From: a virus
Lineage: Duplodnaviria; Caudoviricetes
Virus record (IMG/VR): IMGVR_UViG_3300023055_000005
Direction: 5' to 3' (one strand)
DNA length: 64,000 nt
The notes under the pieces were generated by a model. That model ran no database searches. It was not told the origin of the DNA and was given only the letters and a program-made list of their open reading frames with translations. Of the stretch, positions 37,340 to 47,041 are shown one piece after another (the first letter of the stretch is position 1; each line of letters starts with the position of its first letter). A program made the position numbers and the translations under genes.

Positions 37340-38563
37340 ATGCGTCAGTACATTGAGATGCTCAAGCACGTGTTCAACGTCGGGCGCCATCGTGGCGATC
37401 GCACCGGCACTGGCACGATGTCCACCTTCGGCTATCAGGCCCGCTTCAACCTGAAGGACGGCCTGCCGGTGGTGACCGGTAAGGAGATCCACCTGCCGTC
37501 GGTCATCCATGAGCTGCTGTGGCTCATCAAGGGCGACACCAACATCGCCTACCTGCAGGCCAATGGCGTGCGTATCTGGAACGAGTGGGCTGCTCCGGAG
37601 GACGTCTACGTGGTCTCCCCGTTGTTGCCCGAGCAGATGCGTGATGCGATCGTGGCACATGACCCGTTCCTGAAGGCATGGGCCAACGTCAACATCTTCT
37701 GCCCGGACTACCTGAGCGAAAAGCTGGTCAAGCTCGGCCTGCCCATCACCCAGAACGTCAAGGTCAAGAGCAAGGGTGACCTGGGTCCGGTGTACGGCAA
37801 GCAGTGGCGTAACGTCGAAGATACCCGCCTGATCACCCAGGACGAGTACGTGGCCGGCGTGTACGCTGACAAGTACGACATCTCGAAGATCCCGGTGCGG
37901 ATGGCGCATGGCGAGTTCTACGTGGCCACGCGCAAGATCGATCAGCTGGCCAACGCCATCGAGATCCTCAAGCGCGATCCGGACAGCCGCCGCATCCTGG
38001 TGGATTCGTGGAACCCGGCTGACCTGGACCACATGGCACTGACCCCGTGCCACAACCTGTTCCAGTTCGGCACCACCCCGCTGAACCGCGAAGAGCGCTG
38101 GGCCCTGTTCAACCAGTTCGCCAAGACGTCGGACATGGCCAAGATCCGCAAGGACATTCGCGACAATGGCTTCGATGCGAACAACATCGAGCACACGGCC
38201 TTCGATGAAGCCCTGAAGCTGCATGGTGTACCGACCCACCGCCTGAACTGCATGCTGAACATCCGCTCCAATGACATCTTCCTGGGCGCGCCGTTCAACA
38301 TCACCAGCTATGCGATCCTGACCCACCTGGTGGCGCAGGTCGTCGGCATGGACGTGGGTGAGCTGGTGTACAACATCGGTGACATGCATGTCTACAATAA
38401 TCATGTCGAGCAGGTCGGCGTCCAGCTCCAGCGCGAGCCCTACCCGCTGCCCACGCTGATGCTCAACCCGACGATCAAGAACATCGACGATTTCACCATC
38501 GACGATATCGTGGTCACGAACTACAAGCATCATCCCAAGATCAAGGCCAAGGTGTCCGTCTGA
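37340..38563 (+). CDS. thyA: Thymidylate synthase with insertions
   Basis: DRTGTGT, ELLWLIKGDTN, GPVYGKQWR, MALTPCH, RSNDIFLGAPFN. Confidence 0.97.
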   Translation: MRQYIEMLKHVFNVGRHRGDRTGTGTMSTFGYQARFNLKDGLPVVTGKEIHLPSVIHELLWLIKGDTNIAYLQANGVRIWNEWAAPEDVYVVSPLLPEQMRDAIVAHDPFLKAWANVNIFCPDYLSEKLVKLGLPITQNVKVKSKGDLGPVYGKQWRNVEDTRLITQDEYVAGVYADKYDISKIPVRMAHGEFYVATRKIDQLANAIEILKRDPDSRRILVDSWNPADLDHMALTPCHNLFQFGTTPLNREERWALFNQFAKTSDMAKIRKDIRDNGFDANNIEHTAFDEALKLHGVPTHRLNCMLNIRSNDIFLGAPFNITSYAILTHLVAQVVGMDVGELVYNIGDMHVYNNHVEQVGVQLQREPYPLPTLMLNPTIKNIDDFTIDDIVVTNYKHHPKIKAKVSV

Positions 38564-38597
38564 TGTCTCTTCCCCTCATGAACCTCAATAACCAACG

Positions 38598-38885
38598 ATG
38601 AGCGAGAAGACCAAGGAGATCCTTGTCGTACTCGGATGCCTTGCTTTCCTGGCCGTGATGATCACGGCCATCATTGTCAGTTCTATCCAAGCGCAGAAAA
38701 CGAAGAATCTTGAGCGGACACTGGTGCGGGACTGCACTGCTACAGGTTATCAGCGCGTGGAGAAGCGAGGGAGTGCCTCCTTCGGGGTTTCTGCTAGCGG
38801 TAACCTTGTGGCGGTGCCTACCGACGAGATCATCATCTACAACGAGTACCTCTGTCCGGACGGTACGAAACGCTACGCCCAGTAG
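38598..38885 (+). CDS. N-terminal TM protein with two Cys
   Basis: ILVVLGCLAFLAVMITAIIVSSI; YLCPDG. Confidence 0.65.
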   Translation: MSEKTKEILVVLGCLAFLAVMITAIIVSSIQAQKTKNLERTLVRDCTATGYQRVEKRGSASFGVSASGNLVAVPTDEIIIYNEYLCPDGTKRYAQ

Positions 38886-38901
38886 CGAGGAGAGCTAGGT
38901 C

Positions 38902-39102
38902 ATGTTCAGCAAAGAGAAACACTTCACATCGGTGATTGCGCAGGGGATCATCAGTGACCTCAGTCGCTCTGTACGCGAGGCAGAGAAGGCGGCCAGCGAA
39001 AGAGCCAAGCGCGAGGCAATTCGCACCGGTGGTCGGAAGGCTGGTCTCCAGAACTCCGGCGGGAAGAAGTTCCAACGCATGGCTGCCCGTAGCCGCGGGT
39101 GA
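38902..39102 (+). CDS. Small basic protein
   Basis: GAGGAG SD. Confidence 0.65.
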   Translation: MFSKEKHFTSVIAQGIISDLSRSVREAEKAASERAKREAIRTGGRKAGLQNSGGKKFQRMAARSRG

Positions 39103-39107
39103 TAACG

Positions 39108-39137
39108 CAGGAGAGCCTTCGGGCTCTCCTGTATGCC
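39108..39137 (+). terminator. Hairpin (TTCG) followed by TATGCC
   Basis: caggagagcc/ggctctcctg stem. Confidence 0.8.
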
Positions 39138-39187
39138 GTAAATGAAAACGCAATGAAAGAATGTAATGACTAACCGAGGAGTATGAC

Positions 39188-39526
39188 GTGGAAGAGATTG
39201 TTGATAACGAAGCAATGCGCCAAGCCCGCAAAGAGGCGGCACTGGCAGACCTGACCGCACTGGCATTGTCCACCTGGGGGATCATCTCCGAAGAGTGCGA
39301 CAAGGACAAGGGTTCCAAGGAACTGTACCGCACCAAGTTCGAAGCCATGCTGGCCGACCGACTGGTTACCATCAGTCAGGGCTGGTCCTCCGCCTACGGG
39401 TTCGAGAAGATCGAAGTGATCTGGGACGGCCCTTCGCTGGTCACCACGTTCCACTACCAGCGCCGCACCATCAAGGACCATGTCATCTTCAGCTACAAGG
39501 TAGACCCGAAGGCGTGGTGGGTGTAA
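39188..39526 (+). CDS. Hypothetical protein
   Basis: GAGGAG SD, GTG start. Confidence 0.7.
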   Translation: MEEIVDNEAMRQARKEAALADLTALALSTWGIISEECDKDKGSKELYRTKFEAMLADRLVTISQGWSSAYGFEKIEVIWDGPSLVTTFHYQRRTIKDHVIFSYKVDPKAWWV

Positions 39527-39885
39527 TGGACGAACGGCAACTACGCAAGCTCTGGGAGGATGAGGTCAAAGACATCATCCTGGAGGCCGTGCTCGAATCC
39601 AGGCTGAACCGAAACAGCTGGCAGGACAACGGAGACCGCGAGTACGAGCTGAAGCGCACTGTACCTGCGTTGCTGAAGACGCGTAGTTCCTACACCGGCC
39701 AGATCCCCGGTCAGTACTACTCCAGTGAAGTGAGCTGGGATGATCGTGAAGTTTCTGTGCTGGTGGACTTTCGCCATGGCGACGACATGTACACCGTCGA
39801 AGTTGTCCACTCACTGCGCACCAAGTTTACCAACGTACGGCAGGGAACTCTCTTTGCCAATCATCGACAACCGAAATTAGTCTAA
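39526..39885 (+). CDS. Hypothetical protein
   Basis: TAATG coupling; true start is 39526, not 39295. Confidence 0.7.
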   Translation: MDERQLRKLWEDEVKDIILEAVLESRLNRNSWQDNGDREYELKRTVPALLKTRSSYTGQIPGQYYSSEVSWDDREVSVLVDFRHGDDMYTVEVVHSLRTKFTNVRQGTLFANHRQPKLV

Positions 39886-39895
39886 GGAATTATGT

Positions 39896-40630
39896 ATGTC
39901 TGATGTAAAGGCTGTAGCCGTAGTTGCCACGGACCATAGTCGTTTGCTCGCGCGGATCATCCGTACTTTGATTCACGATTACTACTCCATGCGTACCAGA
40001 ATGCTGCCGCCGGAAGACTACGACAAGCAGCTAGGTGATCTGATCAAGGCCAAGCTGTGGCATGGTTACAATCGCGGCTATCTGCCGGGACGTCACATGC
40101 GTATTGACGTCACCAGCAACCACAACTCCGTCGATGTTGACTTCAAGGCCTGGGGTGATCCGGGTGGGAATGAGGTAAACATCAAGATCCACGAACCCTT
40201 TGGCAATGGACTCGATCCGCGTTTCTTCGATAGCGTGAAAGAGGACTGGACAGCGGACGGTTTCCTGCATGACCTGATCCTGTTCGCCAAAGGTCAGTAC
40301 GGTCGTTGGACGGATTTCGACGGGCTGGTGGAAATCTACATGCACCACTACGCCACCCTGACCCCGCCCAAGATCACTGAGCGGAACTTCTTCTACATCT
40401 ACCCTGTGATCGAAAGAGCACTTTCCGAAATCGGAGAGCGGCTCAATCCGCATGAACACATGGACATGCTGCGTCACCTCAGTCAGCGTGACTTCGAGGC
40501 GGCCATTGGGGTGAATATCAGCCATCTGACCCTCATGCCGGTCGGACGTGTCAACGATGTCCCGATGATGTGGAAACCCAATCCGGTGATAGCTGAAAAG
40601 CTCGCACCTTTTGTCAACAGGGAGCCGTAA
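39896..40630 (+). CDS. Hypothetical protein
   Basis: TAAGGA SD. Confidence 0.7.
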   Translation: MSDVKAVAVVATDHSRLLARIIRTLIHDYYSMRTRMLPPEDYDKQLGDLIKAKLWHGYNRGYLPGRHMRIDVTSNHNSVDVDFKAWGDPGGNEVNIKIHEPFGNGLDPRFFDSVKEDWTADGFLHDLILFAKGQYGRWTDFDGLVEIYMHHYATLTPPKITERNFFYIYPVIERALSEIGERLNPHEHMDMLRHLSQRDFEAAIGVNISHLTLMPVGRVNDVPMMWKPNPVIAEKLAPFVNREP

Positions 40631-40962
40631 TGCCTGATCGTCACCTCATCATGCGCAATGGCACTACCCAGTACAGCTACGCTCACAAGGGTCGTGTCTA
40701 CGAACCCACGGTCAGCCGCATCAACCCCGATGGCTCCCTCACTCGGCTACAGCCCGGCGAGAAGGGTGACTACGTCATGGAGTTCCGTGGGCGTCAGCGT
40801 CGGATTACGTTGCTGCCGGGCGCACTCCCGGAAGGCGCGGCACCGGATGCCGAAATCCCGATGGACATCCGCGTCTCCAGTTGGCGCAAGCGTGATCCCC
40901 GCAGGCTGCGTCGCGGTCAGCAGCGTACGCTGTACAAGAAGCGCAAGCAGACTCGTGCATGA
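40630..40962 (+). CDS. Hypothetical protein with Arg-rich tail
   Basis: TAATG coupling. Confidence 0.7.
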   Translation: MPDRHLIMRNGTTQYSYAHKGRVYEPTVSRINPDGSLTRLQPGEKGDYVMEFRGRQRRITLLPGALPEGAAPDAEIPMDIRVSSWRKRDPRRLRRGQQRTLYKKRKQTRA

Positions 40963-41234
40963 AGTACGTTGTCATGGTAGCCAGCACGATCATCTTCGCC
41001 GCGCTGGTGATCATCTCGATCATCCTCGCATCGCTGTTGTTCATCTCCGGCTATAGTCCTCGTGTGCAGACTGCCAATGTTGAAACTCCCAGCATTGGCG
41101 TGGAGGTGCGGTACTTCATGGTGGACGGAATGCAGTGGGTGCACTTCATTCCTCCTGGTAGCTCCATGGAGTGCATACAGCGCCGGCACAAAGCCCTCTC
41201 GGTCCAATGTGTACCGCTGAAGCAAGAGCCCTGA
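40959..41234 (+). CDS. N-terminal TM protein
   Basis: ATGA overlap; long hydrophobic N-terminus. Confidence 0.65.
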   Translation: MKYVVMVASTIIFAALVIISIILASLLFISGYSPRVQTANVETPSIGVEVRYFMVDGMQWVHFIPPGSSMECIQRRHKALSVQCVPLKQEP

Positions 41235-41238
41235 GAAA

Positions 41239-41279
41239 GGCATACAGGAGGCCCTACGGGGCCTCCTGCTTTTATGCCG
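41239..41279. terminator. Hairpin with GGCATA...TATGCC flanks
   Basis: caggaggccc/gggcctcctg stem. Confidence 0.8.
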
Positions 41280-41305
41280 TTTCTTTTCTTTTGGCTTAAA
41301 GATCT

Positions 41306-41330
41306 TTCAGCCCTACATTACCTAGTTGTA
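41306..41330 (+). promoter_or_regulatory. Phage (putative early) promoter copy 6
   Basis: TTCAGCCC-TACATT-ACCTAG-TTGTA; contains TACATTAC, close to phiKZ TATATTAC. Confidence 0.7.
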
Positions 41331-41370
41331 CCATACCCAAACCGAATCAAACTACTAACGGAGTAATACC

Positions 41371-42123
41371 GTGACTCGCAAGATTGGTCCCTACGAACAC
41401 TACCTGCACATCGAAACCTCCGCAGACGACTACGAACGTCTGAAGGCTGCCGGCATCAATGGCGCCCATCACTGGAACACCGACCGGCAAGCCTTGGACG
41501 CCCTGGCACGCACTGTCGAAGAGATCGCTCCCAAGGCGATGTTGATGTACTGCTCCGGCACTGACATGCGTGTGCGTGGTACGCGCGTCTCTGTCCTGCA
41601 GCTCCCTAGCTGCATGCAGTACGAGGTTCGTCAGGATCTCGGCTATGGCTACAAGATCCTCCACTCCGACGAAGAGCTGGCTGACTGCGACTGCCTGCTC
41701 TCCAGCATGATCAACGAAGATCACCCCAAGGTCCAGGGACTGCCCTGCGGCACGACGATCAAGGTCATCAGCACCAAGATCGTGGAGAGCGCAGACTTCA
41801 CCTCTGACGAACAGTTGGAGTACTGGATCAATGGCCGGGATATCCACCGCAGCAAGGACGCTGAGCAGACCATCAAGTTCACCAACCTCAACGAAGGTGA
41901 GTGCTGCCCGGACTTCGGCTGCTGTGCTCCCACCACGGGCTCTGTGGAGGCGCGTAAGGCCTATTACAATGCGCACAAGGCCAAGGACTCCGATACCAAG
42001 CAGAAGCTGCTGATGGGCTTCCTGGGCAGCGCTGTGCTGAACGCAAGCGAGGCTGCCGGTGATAAGCCGAAGAGCACTTACATCGCTGGCAGTGGTCCGG
42101 CGCGTTCCACCAAACTGAACTGA
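41371..42123 (+). CDS. Two-domain protein with ECCPDFGCC Cys motif
   Basis: GGAG SD, GTG start. Confidence 0.75.
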   Translation: MTRKIGPYEHYLHIETSADDYERLKAAGINGAHHWNTDRQALDALARTVEEIAPKAMLMYCSGTDMRVRGTRVSVLQLPSCMQYEVRQDLGYGYKILHSDEELADCDCLLSSMINEDHPKVQGLPCGTTIKVISTKIVESADFTSDEQLEYWINGRDIHRSKDAEQTIKFTNLNEGECCPDFGCCAPTTGSVEARKAYYNAHKAKDSDTKQKLLMGFLGSAVLNASEAAGDKPKSTYIAGSGPARSTKLN

Positions 42124-42132
42124 GAAATCGCA

Positions 42133-42795
42133 ATGAAGAAAGAGTACAAGGTCAAGTTCTGGGGCAGCTGCATGAACGATGGCTGGATCTGGAAGCAGAT
42201 GCCCGAACTCGGCGAATCGAAGCATCATTGGTTCGACACCGCTGAAGAGCGCACTGCTTTCATCGAAAAGATCAAGGCAGTGATGGCTACCGGGGAGAAG
42301 AACGGTCCTGTCGCAATCTTCGATACCTGTGAAGGGGATGACACGCGCATTCGTAGCGTCGCCGTCTGCACCATGGTCACGCCCGATGGTAAGCGCTACA
42401 CCATCACCGAGGACTTCGGATACGGCGATCTCCAGAAGACCGCTGATTTCATCTTCTTCGACTACGAGGAGAACAACCGTTCTTGCGATCATCGTCGGCA
42501 GGCCATGATTGCGGCACGCTATCCGGATTACGTGCGTAGCGATGAACTGGATACGTGCAATGAAACCATCGTCTTGGAAAACCTCCACGTTACGCTGGTC
42601 AGCGAGTTTATCACCGAGGAGCAGCAGGCGGAGTTGCTCAGGGATGGACGCCATGTCATCGCAATGTTCCCGGAGGCATTCGGTGGCCCTGACGGTTCGG
42701 TGGATTTCACCAAGTGTCGTCCGTATTTTTTCCAGAGCATGCCGCAGGTTGACGTCGCTGCTTTCTACGCTGCCAGTAACAAGCAAACCCACTGA
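42133..42795 (+). CDS. Hypothetical protein with NxSCD motif
   Basis: YEENNRSCDHRR. Confidence 0.7.
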   Translation: MKKEYKVKFWGSCMNDGWIWKQMPELGESKHHWFDTAEERTAFIEKIKAVMATGEKNGPVAIFDTCEGDDTRIRSVAVCTMVTPDGKRYTITEDFGYGDLQKTADFIFFDYEENNRSCDHRRQAMIAARYPDYVRSDELDTCNETIVLENLHVTLVSEFITEEQQAELLRDGRHVIAMFPEAFGGPDGSVDFTKCRPYFFQSMPQVDVAAFYAASNKQTH

Positions 42796-42926
42796 GTATT
42801 TTCGAACTCCCCCTGGCTATGAAATAGGGGAAGCAGAGACCGCTCTTACGCGTAGCGTTATGCCTTAAATATTAGGGGAGGCGTAGCCTCCCTTTCCTTT
42901 TATCTTTTGCCCTTCAGGAACTGCAA

Positions 42927-43511
42927 ATGGAAAAGTACGGACCGCATGCAAGTTCACCTGCAGACCGGATCAACACAGCTGAGCTGTTGCAACACCAGAT
43001 CACAGCAGCGTTGAACAGGCATGCGACTTACTCCAAGGTCGGAACCATTGAACAGCGTATCACCTACCCGCTGGACTTCTACTGCTATCGCACGGTGCGG
43101 TATGGAGGCCCCAAGGGTACTGGCAAGAGCACTGCCATCGCCAAGCTTGCTCGACCGGGGGACATGATCATCGTCTCCTCCCAGCCGTGTCGTAACAGGA
43201 TGGCGACCTTGCTGGTGGAGAACGGCAAGAGCGACAATGACATCACGATCTTGGACGCCGAAGAGTTCATGGACAAGATCTTCGCCAAACTGCCTGAGGA
43301 ACCACCTGCAATCCTCAACAAGCGTCATGAAGTTCACTCGGCAGGTGATGAAGGTATCCGTCGCGTGTTTGTAGATGACGTCATGCTCATCTGCCCACGT
43401 TTCCAGAAGATGGTGCACGGTACACCTGTCCCGGCCTTCGTACCGGCGGTGTTGCGCTATGGCTGCCATTGCAGCTACCCCCAGCCTGTCATTGTGCTGG
43501 TGAACCTGTGA
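42927..43511 (+). CDS. Small P-loop NTPase
   Basis: Walker A GGPKGTGKST and Walker-B-like VFVDD. Confidence 0.7.
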   Translation: MEKYGPHASSPADRINTAELLQHQITAALNRHATYSKVGTIEQRITYPLDFYCYRTVRYGGPKGTGKSTAIAKLARPGDMIIVSSQPCRNRMATLLVENGKSDNDITILDAEEFMDKIFAKLPEEPPAILNKRHEVHSAGDEGIRRVFVDDVMLICPRFQKMVHGTPVPAFVPAVLRYGCHCSYPQPVIVLVNL

Positions 43512-43522
43512 GCGGGGAATGC

Positions 43523-43672
43523 ATGCGGATGGCCACCAACGCTGAGGCGGCACTGGCAATCAGTCTCTACGTGATCATCATGGTCGCCACGATACTGATC
43601 CTCCCCAACACCAAGCACATCTGGAGATGGGTCAAACGCCTCTTCTCCAAGAAGGCTGACGACAATGCCTGA
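43523..43672 (+). CDS. Small membrane protein
   Basis: One TM segment; stop overlaps the next start. Confidence 0.55.
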   Translation: MRMATNAEAALAISLYVIIMVATILILPNTKHIWRWVKRLFSKKADDNA

Positions 43673-43895
43673 CTACGTGAAGCGATTTGAGTTTCGTCTT
43701 CGCCAGAGCGCTGCACTTGTCAATGCAAGACAAGAGCTGACTCGTTTAAAAGCTTACATGTCATCCCCTTGTTACGAGGAGCTCGATGCAGCCCGGCAGG
43801 AATGGGTTCGAGAACAGATCGTAGTGGAAGAGAAACGCCTGCAGTACCTGACGGCGTGGAGTCACTACTTCGAGTCCTCTAAGAGCAAGCCTTAA
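43665..43895 (+). CDS. Small helical protein
   Basis: AAGG SD. Confidence 0.6.
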   Translation: MPDYVKRFEFRLRQSAALVNARQELTRLKAYMSSPCYEELDAARQEWVREQIVVEEKRLQYLTAWSHYFESSKSKP

Positions 43896-43917
43896 TCAAT
43901 CACTTGGGGAGGGGGTC

Positions 43918-44385
43918 ATGGAAATTGCACTGTACATTGGCGCTGGGCTGCTGGTCATCATCATTCTGCTGGCACTGCGCAATCGCTCGTATCTGAAAGA
44001 CCTGATGGCTTCCATGGATGAAGTCTTGGGGGATGCCGACGACGTCGCGTTCCCGAAGGAGATTCCGGAGGACATCATCCAGCAGACCCGCCAACGCGAA
44101 TGGCCGCCTGCTCCGTGGCAGACCGACCCCAGGGTCACACTGGCTACCTCTGGTCTGTATCCGTTCTTGCGAATGGAAGCGTCCAGTAGTGAAGCCAGAC
44201 TGAGGGCACTCACCCAGGCCTACGAACAGGAAAAGGGCAAGGAAAATCCTGACGAAGAACTGGTCAAACACCTGCAACAACTCCGCCTGCATGAGAGCAA
44301 TCTCGGGGCAAGTTTTCTGTTGGCGTATCTTCGCGCCGAAACCATCGCTGCACAACCACAAGGAACCGCTACGCATGTCGGGTAA
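43918..44385 (+). CDS. N-terminal TM protein
   Basis: GGAGGGG SD. Confidence 0.7.
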   Translation: MEIALYIGAGLLVIIILLALRNRSYLKDLMASMDEVLGDADDVAFPKEIPEDIIQQTRQREWPPAPWQTDPRVTLATSGLYPFLRMEASSSEARLRALTQAYEQEKGKENPDEELVKHLQQLRLHESNLGASFLLAYLRAETIAAQPQGTATHVG

Positions 44386-44815
44386 CTTCTTCAAGGAAAA
44401 GATCGTCGTCCATCACAGCCCGTTCGTCGAACAGGATTTGCTGAATGCGGTCAAGGAACAGATCGCCGACCGCCTGGACAGCCAGGGTCTGCCGCACGAT
44501 CCCAGCGTCATCGTGTTCAACAACCTCGGGCCGTCCGGCGCCGGTGATGTGCTGACCTTCGCATGGGAAGGCGAGTTCTTCGTGGCCGGTCCGCAGAACG
44601 CTGGCCAGAGCCTGGGCACCGTCGTGCACAACAGCGACGTGAACGTCTTCCTCGGCAAGCGCGAAGCCAAGCTCGGCACCTTCGCCAAGAACTTCATCAA
44701 CGGCCTGGGCAACATCGACCTGAACGCTACCCAGGTTCCGTCGCTGGCCGACGTCATCCGTCAGATCAACGACTTCCGCGACATCTTCCCGCGCCTGGAA
44801 GCAACCCGCGTCTAA
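44375..44815 (+). CDS. Hypothetical protein with strong codon bias
   Basis: AAGGA SD before ATG 44375. Confidence 0.75.
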   Translation: MSGNFFKEKIVVHHSPFVEQDLLNAVKEQIADRLDSQGLPHDPSVIVFNNLGPSGAGDVLTFAWEGEFFVAGPQNAGQSLGTVVHNSDVNVFLGKREAKLGTFAKNFINGLGNIDLNATQVPSLADVIRQINDFRDIFPRLEATRV

Positions 44816-44880
44816 TAGCGCCGGCCTGTAATACCTGCCCCCACCTCCGGGTGGGGGTTTTATACCGAATGGAGAAAGAC

Positions 44881-45018
44881 GTGACACCCGTCGAAGCCTA
44901 CCTCATCAGCCAGATCATCTACGCTGTCATCGTTTGCGTGTTTGTAGTACCCGCAATGATCGGCGCAGGTATTGATGTGTACCGTATCCACAAGACCAAA
45001 GTGAAGGTAAAGAAATGA
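44881..45018 (+). CDS. Small membrane protein (45 aa)
   Basis: GGAG SD, GTG start, one TM segment. Confidence 0.55.
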   Translation: MTPVEAYLISQIIYAVIVCVFVVPAMIGAGIDVYRIHKTKVKVKK

Positions 45019-46211
45019 CGCAGCATTACGTTGGAACCAAGGTCATCCAGGCATACGAGAACGAGAAGGACGGCAAGCCCGGCTTCGCCGTTCAGTACCC
45101 GGATGGCTACACCTCCTGGTCCCCGAAGGAAGTCTTCGAAGAAGCTTACCTTCCGATCGGCGTCATCCCGGCCGGTACGCCGGACTTCGTGCAGCGCATG
45201 ATTGCTGAACGTGTCCAGCTCAACGACCGTAAGAATAAGCTTAACGATTTCTACGTCGAAGCCAAGAAGAACGGCGGTCACCCGGATCTTCAGGGCGACG
45301 AGCTGTCGGACATCGACGATCAGCTTGAACGGATGGTCGAATATCTCCAAGCACTGGATCAGCGCATCCAACGCCACGGCTTCATCTTCCACGACACCGG
45401 CCGTGTGCTCACGGTGCAGCAGGCCCAGGTCGAAAGCTATACCCGGATCAAAGAAATCATCGTCCAGATCATCGCCGCCGCGGAGAAGAAGGGCGAGCCG
45501 CTGGACCTTGCTGCCACGCAGGATATCCCGAAGGCAATCCGCGAGAAAATCTTCCTCGAATTCGACGCGGGCAGTGTAGTTGAATGCTCTTTCGAGAATG
45601 CCTATTGGAATGTGAGGGTGAGGGGGATGCTGCTGTTCAGCCGCTCGGTCCACGAGTACAAGATCCGCCACCTGGAATGCTACCGTAGCACCGTCGACAA
45701 GCGCATCGCCCAGGCTATCCAAAGTGCCTATGCGGAAGTCACCTCGATTGGCAATACCGCCAATGATGTCGTGTTCATGAACTACCTCTCTACGCACTTC
45801 CTCAAGAAGGTCGGGGACATGGGTCAGGTCGCCATCGCCGGCCGCCGCATCGACGACTACTGGAAGTTCATTGTCGATTACACCGATGACGTGCTGCAGG
45901 GAATCTTCCTCTGCTACAATTCGGTCAGATACTCGGCTTTCAGGGTGGAGATGCTGAGTCTGAACTCTCGCCAGTCTCGCTTCGAGCAGGCGCTGGACTC
46001 CTTGCGCACGCTCGTCCCCGACAGTGTCAGGGAAGCAATCCTTACCAAGCTCGATGAAAGCATCTGCCCGGTGGGCGACGTACTTGGGCCGTTGCCAACC
46101 CTTACTATCACCCGCCGCGGCGCGGCTATTGTCTACAAGGATGAAGCCTTGGAGCGTCTGAACCAGATGATCCAGGCGGCCGTCGCCAAGATGCAGGAGG
46201 CCAAGGCATGA
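45015..46211 (+). CDS. Multidomain fusion: YSWSPK-type module, crAss001_48/T4 RIIB.1-like helical hairpin, unknown C-terminal domain
   Basis: YVGTKVIQA..YPDGYTSWSPKEVFEEAY; QRMIAERVQL..KL..QL..M.EYL..L..RI. Confidence 0.7.
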   Translation: MTQHYVGTKVIQAYENEKDGKPGFAVQYPDGYTSWSPKEVFEEAYLPIGVIPAGTPDFVQRMIAERVQLNDRKNKLNDFYVEAKKNGGHPDLQGDELSDIDDQLERMVEYLQALDQRIQRHGFIFHDTGRVLTVQQAQVESYTRIKEIIVQIIAAAEKKGEPLDLAATQDIPKAIREKIFLEFDAGSVVECSFENAYWNVRVRGMLLFSRSVHEYKIRHLECYRSTVDKRIAQAIQSAYAEVTSIGNTANDVVFMNYLSTHFLKKVGDMGQVAIAGRRIDDYWKFIVDYTDDVLQGIFLCYNSVRYSAFRVEMLSLNSRQSRFEQALDSLRTLVPDSVREAILTKLDESICPVGDVLGPLPTLTITRRGAAIVYKDEALERLNQMIQAAVAKMQEAKA

Positions 46212-46936
46212 CCGACTCCTACGGAAACTACGCGCTGCTCGTATCTTTCCCGGATCAGAGCGAGACCTTCACCCTCGGCGTAGAGGCCGGTGTGTTCTGG
46301 CAGCGCCTGTCCATGGGTGAACGTGAGTTTGAGTACTTGGCTCACACCAAGAACCTCGCATGCCTGGAACGGATGGCCGCGTCGATGGATCTCCAGGTCA
46401 AGACCATCGCCAGTGACGATGAGTGGACGACCCTCGGTATCTACCCGAAGGCGGCGGAGAAAGAAAGGCCGCGGCTGATGCTGATCAACGGTGGCATTCA
46501 CGTGAGCACGGAGAAGATGGAGGGCGTGTCTGAAGCACTCGCCAATCATGAACTCCAACGCACATTGGTGCAGGTGCTCGATGGCAAGTACCGTGCCGGT
46601 GAGGTTGTCACTGTCCGCCGCAATCTCGAAGGCATCATCCCGCTGTTCGGCAATATCTTCAGCGCAGACACCACCTTCATCGTCAACACCAACGCCACCT
46701 TCGACGAGCTGCAGGCAGTCATCGAACCGCTGCTCGTGCCCATCGGCAGTAAGCGTTCGCAGGTCTACCTGTCGTACTCGCTGCCGGTTGTCGATGCGTG
46801 CTATGCCAAGTATGTGGTGATCGATCGTCGCCGCATGCCTGGCAGTGAGAGCGATGCCTTCCAGCGTACCGAGGCCTTGATCAAGGGTATTACCAAGATC
46901 GCCAAGGTGCCGCCGGTGTTCATCGTAATGGACTAA
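46208..46936 (+). CDS. Two-domain hypothetical protein
   Basis: ATGA overlap. Confidence 0.7.
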   Translation: MTDSYGNYALLVSFPDQSETFTLGVEAGVFWQRLSMGEREFEYLAHTKNLACLERMAASMDLQVKTIASDDEWTTLGIYPKAAEKERPRLMLINGGIHVSTEKMEGVSEALANHELQRTLVQVLDGKYRAGEVVTVRRNLEGIIPLFGNIFSADTTFIVNTNATFDELQAVIEPLLVPIGSKRSQVYLSYSLPVVDACYAKYVVIDRRRMPGSESDAFQRTEALIKGITKIAKVPPVFIVMD

Positions 46937-46942
46937 GTGAAC

Positions 46943-46981
46943 GGGAGGGGCTTCGGCCCCTCCCTCTATGTCTTTTTTTTT
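46943..46981 (+). terminator. Hairpin (TTCG), TATGTC and T-tract
   Basis: gggaggggc/gcccctccc stem. Confidence 0.85.
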
Positions 46982-47041
46982 GTCTGGTTTTCTGCCCACT
47001 ATATGGGGCGCTTTCGCCCGTCTACGCAGCTAACCGGGATC

